The notes below the pieces were generated by a model. That model saw only the letters and a program-made list of their open reading frames with translations. It made no database searches and was not told where the DNA came from. From Candidatus Iainarchaeum sp. (GTDB lineage: Archaea > Iainarchaeota > Iainarchaeia > Iainarchaeales > DTGL01): a stretch of DNA of 28,018 nt. Location: assembly GCA_038736825.1 (NCBI GenBank), contig JAVYME010000002.1, forward strand, positions 42,793 through 70,810. The letters are read 5' to 3'. This document shows, piece by piece, positions 6,571 to 15,200 of the stretch. The translations under genes and the position numbers were made by a program. Positions within the stretch are counted from its first letter, which is position 1. Each line of letters starts with the position of its first letter.

Positions 6571-9500
6571 ATGGTTTTAGAGTTTTTGAAAAAGGGTTAT
6601 TATTTTTTGGAGGACAAATACTATGCTTTACTGGATAAAATCAATCGTGTCATTCCAGTTTACAGGATAGTGGATCCCATTGACAAGCATTTCCCTTCTT
6701 TTGTTCTTTTTTTGCTTTTGCTTTTACTTTTGCTTTTGTTCTTGCTTTCCTTTGCGCTTCCTGGTTTTTTTTCATGGATTTTTCCCTCTGGCGGTGGCGG
6801 AACCTTCAATGCCAAGATTAAGGTTTTGGATGACGAAACGAAAAAACCAATAAAGGATGCAAATGCCACAATTGTTTTTATAGATTCCAACAAAAGTGTT
6901 TCTAAAACAACTGACAGCGACGGCTTTGCAGTTTTTGAAATTCCTTCCAAAGAGGCAAAGGTTTCTTTGCATATAAGGGCTACTGGTTATGAGGACTTGT
7001 TCAGGAGCACTGTAACGCTTTCTTCTGAAACTGTTTCCTCTTTTACTCTCAAGCATGGGGCAATTCTTTTCAAGCCAAAAGTCAAAATGACTGTTTTTGA
7101 TGGTGTTTCAAAAGAGCTGATTTTGGATCGCACTGTTTCAATAGATTTCAGCTGTTCTGGTTCAAGCACGGTTTCACTGCCCAGATTGAGTGGAATGCAA
7201 AACGCGCTTGTTCCTTTTGAAATAGAAGTGCCAGAGGGATGTGGTGTTCTATCTGGCACAGCAAAGGTTGACGGTTACAAGAGTTTAACGCAAATCCTCA
7301 CAAGCGGTTATGAGAGCGCTGAAGTCAGGTTTGTTTTAACTCCTGTGACTGATGAAGTTACCAAAAAGGGTTCTCTTTCTGTGCAAGTTTTGGACAATCT
7401 TGGCAGTCCGGCTTCAAACATTTTGGTAAAACTAACAAATGAAACTACAAACGCTTATGTCACCAGTGATTATACCAAGGATTCTGGCTCCGTTGTTTTT
7501 AACGATTTGGTTCCAGGAAAATATTCTGTTTTTGCTGATGCTGGCGATGGCAGGACTGCAACTCAAAGCGGTGTTCAAGTTGTCAGCGGCCAGACTGCAA
7601 GCACAATTTTAAGGCTTCCCTCTTTCGCAGGGCACGTTAAAAAGCTTTACTTGAAGGTTGTTGATGCAAACAAGAATTCGCCCATTGGTGGAGCCCAAGT
7701 AATAATTTACATGAACGAACTGTGGTTTAAGACTGTTGACACCAATTCGGATGGCACTGCACTTGTTTGGCTTGGCCCGCAAGATGTTTCAAAGTCTTTC
7801 AAGGCAAATGTTTCAGCCAAAGGGTATATAATGAAAATTGTTTCTTTGCCTGTACTGGATTATGCTGACACTGCTCCCACAATTGTTTCTCTTTCTCCAG
7901 AGGTGGTTGGACAGAATTTCAATCCAATTGCAATTTTAATCGCAAACCGTTATGCTGGCAATGCCCCGCTCACTGTTGAATTTGATGCTTCCCAGTCTTT
8001 TGATCCAGAGGGCAAGCCAATTGTAAGCTATGACTTGAATTTGGGTGACGGCAATTGGGCGAACACTGCCAAAAAAACCCACACTTACTATAAAGACGGC
8101 AATTATGAAGTTACTCTTTCAGTAAGGGATGACAGGAATGCTGTTGGCACGAAAACCATCACTATTCAGGTTGTGCCCGTGGGTCAAAACTTTGCCCCCA
8201 TAGCGCTTTTCACAATGAAACCCTATTATGGTTATGCTCCGCTTACTGTTGATTTCAATGCAGAGCCCAGCATTGATTATGATGGTTCCATTCAATCCTA
8301 TCAGTGGAGTTTTGGCGATGGTTCTAATGGAACCGGCAGAAATGTATCCCATTCATATGCAAACCCGGGAGAATACACTATCTGGCTTTTTGTTGTTGAC
8401 GACAAGGGCGCTCAAAGCAAGATTTCTGCAAAACTGCAAGTGCTGCCAAAACAGGCAGTGGAAAACCTGAAACCCATTGCTTTTATTTCAGTCGACAACA
8501 ATGCCTATTTTGGCGCTGTTCCTTTCACTGTTTCTTTTGATGCTTCTGCTTCCTATGACCCTGATGGCACTATTGTCAACTACAAATGGAATTTCGGTGA
8601 TGGTTCTGCAACAGCAATAGAGGAAGGTCCTTCCAAGGCAAAGGTTTCCCACGTTTTTGCGAAAACAGGGGTTTTCAATGTAACGCTGGAAGTAAAGGAC
8701 AACAACAATGCAACTGCCACGCAATCTGTTGCAATACAGGTTTTGCAGGGTCCAACCAACTGGAAGCCTGTTGCAAGAATTGATGCAAATGTTTTCCATG
8801 GAATGATTCCACTTGAAGTGGAATTCAGTGCCGCCAAAAGCTTTGATTCTGACGGCTCAATTGTTTTTTACAGGTGGGATTTCGGTGATGGCTCACCTCA
8901 AGTGGATGGCTTGAACAAGGTAAGCGTAAAGCATGTTTTTTCCTCTGCTGGCGATTTCACTGTTTCTTTAATGGTGCGCGATGATGATGGAGCTGAATCA
9001 ACTGATTCAGTGGTTATACAGGCTTACTCTTCTTCTTCGCCTCCAGAAAACCTAAAACCAGTGGCATTGTTTGAAGCCAGTTCTTATTTTGGAGTAAAGC
9101 CTTTATCGGTTTCTTTTGACGCTTCAGCTTCCTTTGACCCTGATGGTTCAATTCAATCCTATCAATGGAATTTTGGTGATGGCGGCACTGCAACTGGAAA
9201 AATCACTTCGCATGTTTTTAATTCTGTTGGCGAGTTCACTGTAGAGTTAAAGGTTACAGATGGAAAGGGCGCACAGGGAACCCATACAGCAAAAATACAG
9301 GTTATAGGTGCAAGCGCAAACCTTAACCCAGTGCCAAAAATCACTGCAAGCGGATTGTTCGGTCAAAAGCCTTTCAAGGTTGATTTCACTGCAGACGGCT
9401 CTTTTGACCCTGATGGTTCCATTCAATCCTATCAGTGGAATTTTGGCGATGGTGGCACTGCAACCACAAAAGATGCATCCCACACCTTCCAGTCAACTGG

Positions 9501-12249
9501 CTCCTTTGAGGTAAAGCTAACAGTAAAGGACAATTCTGGTGCTACTGCCACTACAAGTGTTTTCGTTCAAGTGGTTGACTGGCCAGTTGTCACCTATGGG
9601 GATATTCTGGCAAAGACTGAGACTGTTTCAGGGCAACCAGTGCAAGGAGCACTGTTGCAATTGTACAGGGAAGACCTTACAATTCCACTGACTTCACCGA
9701 CAAGCCCAGTGTATTCTGGCCCAGGCGGAACACATTTGTTTGAAAAAATCCCTGAAAGCATTTCAAAATACTATTTTAAGGGATTCTATAATGATTTGGC
9801 TGGAGAATCATCACACAAGCATGTGGTTCCTGCAAGCACTATTGAATTAAAAGCAGTGCTTTCCCCCACTGAAGGCAGAATTGCTGTCAAAGTTTTAAAG
9901 AATGGCGCTCCAGTTCAAGGCGCAACTGTTTCTTTTTTGAAGGTTGCAGATTCTTCTGTTCTTGGAACTTGCACTACTTCAGTTGATGGCAATTGCCTTT
10001 CCAATGCAATAAAGGGCGGAGAAATTGTTAAGGTTACTGCACAAAAAGCAGGCAGTGCCATGGCTGAAAGCAATGACATTCAAGTAATTGCCGGCAACAT
10101 TCATTCTGTAACACTCTCTTTAGAGGATGCCCCGGTTACAGGAATCAATGCTGTATTTGAAATGTTTTGCGAGGATTCACAATGCAATTCTCCAGCCAGT
10201 TCCATAACTTCCCTGCCTGCAGTGGAAAACTATTATTATTTGAAGTTCAAGCTTGTCCTTGCAGCAAAAACCAGTCAAAACACAAGGCTTGCAGTGGTAG
10301 CAAGCGATTTTAACCAGTCTGTATTGCCAGCTTCAAATTATAGAGTGAAAATTGTTGATGTGTTGGACAATTCTGTTAACGCCAAACTGTTAGCCACATG
10401 CTTTGACAAAAATAATTTGTTTGAAACAGTTCCAGCCTGCACAGGCCCAGGATCCTCTTTCAAGCATTCGGTTTCAGTTTGGAACACTCTTTCTTCACCC
10501 ACTGGCTTGAGCAAAACAGTTATTTTAAAGATTGCCATAGAGCCAGGGCTTGCAGCCGGCACAGCTTCAGAGTTAAGGTTTGCTGCGAAAACAAGGCAGG
10601 ACAACAACGACTTAAACACTGCAATCATATTGATTCCCTTGATAATTGGCGCGCCGGTTTGCTCTGGAGACCAAAACCTTGTTTGGACAGCGCACACTTT
10701 TGTGGATGGAGCCAAAATAGAACTGCCTTTAGATCCTGCTCCTGAAAAATTCGCAGTATTAAAGAAAAACTCTGATTATAATATTTTCTTTACTGTAAAG
10801 AATTGTTCAAGCCAAGACATTTCCAATCTGAAAATAAGAGTCTTGAACAAAAACGATGACAACTGCCTTGCCTTCACTGCCCTTGGAGGCGGCTTTGGAC
10901 CATATGAGGCTTTCACGATTCCAGTGCTTGCTGCAGGCGCTGTTTCGGATGAAAAGAGAATTGAAATCCGAGCAGTCAAGAGCACAGACCGCACTCGAGT
11001 GGTTCTCACTGGAGTGTTTGGCTCCAAGGAAGAATCAAGGGAGTTGTTTTTCAAGGTTGTTTCCGACAAAAACCTTTTAGTTGAAAACCTGCCGAATTTC
11101 CTTGTCCAAGGAGTGCCAATTGCAATTTCAGGAAAAGTGCTTGATGCAAAAAATGCTTTACCGGTTGTTGATGCAATAGTTCAAATTCTTTTAAACAACA
11201 ATCTTTTAGTGGAATTGAAATCCGACTCTAATGGCAATTTTTCTTTCAACCAGTCAAGCGGAATGCCGCCTGTTGCAGGCGACAAGGTTACAGTGATAGT
11301 GAGGAAAGCCGGCTATTATGAGTTTTTGAAAGACATTCCTGTTACTGCTGGTGGTTCGCCTTCAATGACTGAATGCGTGAAAATAGAGCCTAAAGCGGTT
11401 TCAGTTGTAAAGGGCTCAAACGGCTCTTTTGATGTGATAACCACAAATTGTCCAAAGAAACTTACAGTGGTTTTTGCAACCCAGCTTTCAATGCCATTAC
11501 AGCAAATCACTTTGGATGGCAATGCTGCAAAAACAGTTTCTTTTTCAGCCTCTGGCGCCAACATATTCCAAGGAATTTACCCAATTGTTGTCAAGGGCTC
11601 TTTTGAGGGTTCTTCCTATGAAAGACACCTGGGAATAGTTGATGTCACAGTCACAGACCCAAATGCCTGCATTTCCATGGACAAATTTGAATTTGACCTG
11701 CTTGCAGGAACCGCAACTGCCACAATAAAAAACAACTGCTTTGTGGAAAACCGCACAACCGAATTTCCCATAATAATTTCCAACAATGCAGGCGTTGAAC
11801 TCAAGAAAACCGATCCAAAGGACAATATTCCGGCAAGCTTTTCTTTTACTTGGTCAATAGAGTCCTATGCAAAACAAGAAGAAGGGAACGATTTCAGTGT
11901 TGCTTCAATCAGCAAAACAGTCACAGTAAGCCCAGCCAACAGCCTAATATTTGAGCTTGACACTTTCAATGCAGCCGACTACATTAACGGTAACGCTTCA
12001 AAAGGCATTTCCGGACTAAAACAGTCACCAAATTATAAGGGAAAATTGTTGCTGGAAGCATGGTTTGTGCCAAAAAGCAGTTCGCCAGAAGTGGAAGTTT
12101 GGATTGAAGGCGGCAAAATCATTGGAAAATACCATGGACCACTTGAAACAACTGGCATTTACCCTATAAGCATTTCCAACAAAATGTTGACTCAAACAGA
12201 ATATTCCAAGATTGCAGTAGAAGACTTGTCCAAAGGAGGGGGTGGTTAA
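6571..12249 (+). CDS. giant N-terminally TM-anchored surface protein with carboxypeptidase-regulatory-like and six PKD domains
   Basis: Uninterrupted ~1.89k-codon ORF. A GGGGTG SD (6559-6564) precedes ATG 6571, and GTG 6562 lies inside that SD. A ~45-aa N-terminal segment is followed by a poly-Leu TM helix. Several CarboxypepD_reg-like beta-sandwich repeats are present (e.g. KIKVLDDETKKPIKDANATIVF..TTDSDGFAVFEIP), then six PKD domains. The C-terminal ~800 aa is unassigned. Confidence 0.9.
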   Translation: MVLEFLKKGYYFLEDKYYALLDKINRVIPVYRIVDPIDKHFPSFVLFLLLLLLLLLFLLSFALPGFFSWIFPSGGGGTFNAKIKVLDDETKKPIKDANATIVFIDSNKSVSKTTDSDGFAVFEIPSKEAKVSLHIRATGYEDLFRSTVTLSSETVSSFTLKHGAILFKPKVKMTVFDGVSKELILDRTVSIDFSCSGSSTVSLPRLSGMQNALVPFEIEVPEGCGVLSGTAKVDGYKSLTQILTSGYESAEVRFVLTPVTDEVTKKGSLSVQVLDNLGSPASNILVKLTNETTNAYVTSDYTKDSGSVVFNDLVPGKYSVFADAGDGRTATQSGVQVVSGQTASTILRLPSFAGHVKKLYLKVVDANKNSPIGGAQVIIYMNELWFKTVDTNSDGTALVWLGPQDVSKSFKANVSAKGYIMKIVSLPVLDYADTAPTIVSLSPEVVGQNFNPIAILIANRYAGNAPLTVEFDASQSFDPEGKPIVSYDLNLGDGNWANTAKKTHTYYKDGNYEVTLSVRDDRNAVGTKTITIQVVPVGQNFAPIALFTMKPYYGYAPLTVDFNAEPSIDYDGSIQSYQWSFGDGSNGTGRNVSHSYANPGEYTIWLFVVDDKGAQSKISAKLQVLPKQAVENLKPIAFISVDNNAYFGAVPFTVSFDASASYDPDGTIVNYKWNFGDGSATAIEEGPSKAKVSHVFAKTGVFNVTLEVKDNNNATATQSVAIQVLQGPTNWKPVARIDANVFHGMIPLEVEFSAAKSFDSDGSIVFYRWDFGDGSPQVDGLNKVSVKHVFSSAGDFTVSLMVRDDDGAESTDSVVIQAYSSSSPPENLKPVALFEASSYFGVKPLSVSFDASASFDPDGSIQSYQWNFGDGGTATGKITSHVFNSVGEFTVELKVTDGKGAQGTHTAKIQVIGASANLNPVPKITASGLFGQKPFKVDFTADGSFDPDGSIQSYQWNFGDGGTATTKDASHTFQSTGSFEVKLTVKDNSGATATTSVFVQVVDWPVVTYGDILAKTETVSGQPVQGALLQLYREDLTIPLTSPTSPVYSGPGGTHLFEKIPESISKYYFKGFYNDLAGESSHKHVVPASTIELKAVLSPTEGRIAVKVLKNGAPVQGATVSFLKVADSSVLGTCTTSVDGNCLSNAIKGGEIVKVTAQKAGSAMAESNDIQVIAGNIHSVTLSLEDAPVTGINAVFEMFCEDSQCNSPASSITSLPAVENYYYLKFKLVLAAKTSQNTRLAVVASDFNQSVLPASNYRVKIVDVLDNSVNAKLLATCFDKNNLFETVPACTGPGSSFKHSVSVWNTLSSPTGLSKTVILKIAIEPGLAAGTASELRFAAKTRQDNNDLNTAIILIPLIIGAPVCSGDQNLVWTAHTFVDGAKIELPLDPAPEKFAVLKKNSDYNIFFTVKNCSSQDISNLKIRVLNKNDDNCLAFTALGGGFGPYEAFTIPVLAAGAVSDEKRIEIRAVKSTDRTRVVLTGVFGSKEESRELFFKVVSDKNLLVENLPNFLVQGVPIAISGKVLDAKNALPVVDAIVQILLNNNLLVELKSDSNGNFSFNQSSGMPPVAGDKVTVIVRKAGYYEFLKDIPVTAGGSPSMTECVKIEPKAVSVVKGSNGSFDVITTNCPKKLTVVFATQLSMPLQQITLDGNAAKTVSFSASGANIFQGIYPIVVKGSFEGSSYERHLGIVDVTVTDPNACISMDKFEFDLLAGTATATIKNNCFVENRTTEFPIIISNNAGVELKKTDPKDNIPASFSFTWSIESYAKQEEGNDFSVASISKTVTVSPANSLIFELDTFNAADYINGNASKGISGLKQSPNYKGKLLLEAWFVPKSSSPEVEVWIEGGKIIGKYHGPLETTGIYPISISNKMLTQTEYSKIAVEDLSKGGGG
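6706..6754 (+). repeat. imperfect hexanucleotide repeat (CTTTTG)n encoding the poly-Leu TM helix
   Basis: CTTTTTTTG CTTTTG CTTTTA CTTTTG CTTTTG TTCTTG CTTTCC read directly. The unit is a multiple of 3. Confidence 0.7.
7915..9579 (+). repeat. six in-frame tandem PKD-domain coding repeats (units start 7915, 8188, 8464, 8758, 9049, 9319)
   Basis: Each 87-98 aa unit carries N(F/L/W)xP(I/V)A...PLxVxFDAS.S.DPDGSI..Y.W.FGDG...H.(Y/F)...G.(Y/F).V.L.V.D..G. Confidence 0.9.
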
Positions 12250-12250
12250 A

Positions 12251-15200
12251 ATGAACAAGCGCATTTTATTGCCTTTATTGTTTTTTGCTCTTTTAGCGAG
12301 CAATGCAATCGCACAAGAAACAGTCACTTTTGCTGCCAATGACAGCGAAGTCCAAAAAAATGTTGTAATTCCTCTTGGCGGAAAAATCACTTTTTTAGTG
12401 CAAGGCAGCACTGAAGCAATAAAAATACTGGTTTTAGACCAAGACACAATCACTCCTCTTGCAGACACTGGATGGATTCAAACAAACAGTTACACTTACG
12501 ATTTTGGCAACAATCGCTCTGGAATGTACTATTATGCCGTGAGCGTGAAATCCGGCGGCACTGAAAAAAAAGTCGGAAAAGGCCTGATTATTGTAAAGTA
12601 CACTGGTGCTTTCCAAATAGAGGCTGGCACAACAATGGCTACAGGCACATGGCAAAAAGTCAACCTTACAAGGTCTTTTGTAAAACCAGTCGTAATAGTA
12701 AAATCGGTTGCCGGCTGTGATGATCCGGCAGAAGCAAAAGGGCTTTGCGATTTCATTACACCACGCGTTAGAAACGCTACAAGCACCAGCTTTGAAATAA
12801 TGTTGCAAGACACTTGCGGTGGAAACTTTTCAGGACAACTTGAAGTGCCATACATTGTAGTGGAAGAAGGACGGCACAAGGTTAGCGGTTTCGACATAGA
12901 GGCAGGCAAAACCACAGCCTGGGGATTCTTTTTGATTCAAAACACTCCAAGCGCCTTTCACTGGTTTAATCCAAGGTTTGAAAAAGAACCTGTTTTAATC
13001 ACAACAATTTCAAGCTTTAACGGGCCTGACCCAGTAACAACAAGAAACAAAACCCACTATTTAACAATAATTCCGGCTTTAGGAATCACTCTTCCAATAG
13101 GGGATTTCAGGGATGGCTTTGTGTCCATTTTGGACGAGCCGGGGTGGGTTCCATGGCCAGAGCACAGAAACGAAGAAGTATCCTATCTTGCAATTACCCC
13201 CGGCATTGGAATGATTGACGGGCGCAGAGTGGTTGTCCAAAACGGCGACCTAGTATCACATATAGCGAAAAAAATAGAATTTCAAGGAGTTTTCGACAAG
13301 CCTCCAGTGATTATTGCAGACATGCAACGCATTAACGGGGGCGATTGGAGCATAATGCGTTATGCAAACCTGACAAAGGACAGCGCAAAACTTTATGTGG
13401 CTGAAACCAACAGGCTTTTGGGTTGCCGCAATGGCGGTCCGCACACAATGGAGCCAGTTGGCTATGTTTTAATGGGTGAAGGGGGCACAATGCCTGCCTG
13501 CAATGCCTTTTTCACCACCAATCCAGACTATGGAGAACCACCGCTTGCAGTAAAATTTGATGCTTCGGGAAGCATTGGAAACATTCAATCCTATCAATGG
13601 ACTTTTGGCGATGGCGGTACTGGCACAGGCAAAGAAGTGACACATGTTTACAATAATGAAGGCGAGTTCACTGCAAAACTCAAAATAACCTGTTCAGGCG
13701 GAGAAACATCTGAAACGCAAAAAACAATAAAGGTTGAAAAAGGAATCAATGCCCCGCTCGCAGCGGCAATCCAAGCAGACAAAGTGAAATGTGTTGCGCC
13801 TCCCTGCACCATAAACTTTGATGGTTCCAAGAGCACCGGAAAAATAACAAACTATGACTGGAATTTTGGCGACGGCACTCCAAACCAAAGCGGGCCAGAC
13901 CTTAAACAGGTTAGTCATACTTTCAACCAGTATGGAAAATTCATTGTCACTTTAACTGTTTCTGATGCAACAGGCAACAAGGCTTCAGCCACAATAAAAA
14001 TTATAGTGGGATGCGAGTCAGCTGCTGACTGCAAGTGCGGTGACGGTTGCTATATGGGCGTTTGCTTGCATCCATCAATTGCAGTCAACAAGAGCGTTGA
14101 CCAAATCGTGCCATTCAAGGGAAGTGAAAAGGAAATAGTGACAGTTTGGACTCTAACCAATGTTGGAACCCACAAGGCAGTCATAAAGGGCTTTTGGCTG
14201 CCTGGCTGCGAAGGCTACAATTGCTGGATTGAATTGGTTGACGCTGGCGGAGCAGGAAAAAAAGTACTGCCAAACCCTGGAACAATACCGCAAATTTCTT
14301 GTGAGAGCACTGCCTCCACGCCTGCACCACCAGGCTCTCCAACCCCAACACCATCAGCAACATGCCAGTTCAATTCTTGCGAGCAAGCCAATCCACAGCC
14401 TTGCTGGTGCGGCACAGTCTTATCGCCTTCAACACACCCATGGTGTTGTACAAGTGGAACCTTTTCAGGCATTTCTGACACTCAAGAGGGTTGCAAGCAA
14501 AACCCGCCTTGCAGTGCAACAACAACCCCCGCACCAACAGGGCCTGTAATTAATAGTGTTTCCCATACCCCGGAACCATTAGTGCAAGGTTCCACAACCA
14601 CTTTTACTGTAAGTGGAACCAATATAGAGCAAATAAAAATAAAGGTTTGGGATTTGACTAGCATTACTGTTTTTGAAAGTGCTTGGGTGAATGGCACTTC
14701 TTTCACTTGGAATGGAAAAAAGAATGATGGCACTTCTTTAAGGGCAGCTGGATATGTTTACAAGGTTTATGCAAGAAAAGGAACCCAAGAGGTTTCAAGT
14801 GAAACCAAAAACCTTACAATAGCTCCAGCTGCTGGTGCCTCAGCGCCAGAACAAGAAAAAGGCAGCTTGAAATTATTCTTGGCAGATGACATTTATGTGG
14901 ATTGCGAGCCAGACTCATTTTACACTAAATGCTATTGCAATGGCAATTGGACAATAAGGCAAAACACTAAAACTGGACAAATGTACAGCAAGGAATGGTG
15001 TGATTACTTTTGCGATCCTGCCACTGCAGAATGCAATCCGCCTCCAACTTCCACTGGCACACCGATTCCTTCAGATCCAACACAGCCACCCACTAGTTCC
15101 ACTGGCGGGAATTCTAGCACCACTATTACTGATCCAAATACTGGAACAACAACTTCCAGTGGCAGTTCTACCACTACAAGTACTGATCCAGTCACTAGTT

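Noticed and set aside
6784-6801. A GGGG run right after the TM anchor in giant 1 (PSGGGGTF), after the anchor of the 5299-6258 protein (DGGGGSQ) and at the C-terminus of giant 1 (KGGGG*), considered as a possible sorting or processing motif
   Set aside because: Glycine hinges after anchors are common. Three short occurrences with different contexts do not support a motif, and no known archaeosortase or sortase signal matches.
7915-9579. Regular repeat periodicity that could suggest a CRISPR array or satellite
   Set aside because: The units are 261-294 nt, in frame, and encode complete PKD domains. There is no short direct repeat plus spacer architecture and no cas genes.
12025-12468. 147-codon minus-strand ORF spanning the junction of the two giant genes, and similar antisense ORFs (e.g. 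4505-4945, 10338-10715, 15401-15796, 15631-16023, 17541-17999, 24795-25217, 25340-25744)
   Set aside because: All are embedded antisense or out of frame in long ORFs with clear domain content. None has an SD or a recognisable motif, and their compositions mirror the coding strand.
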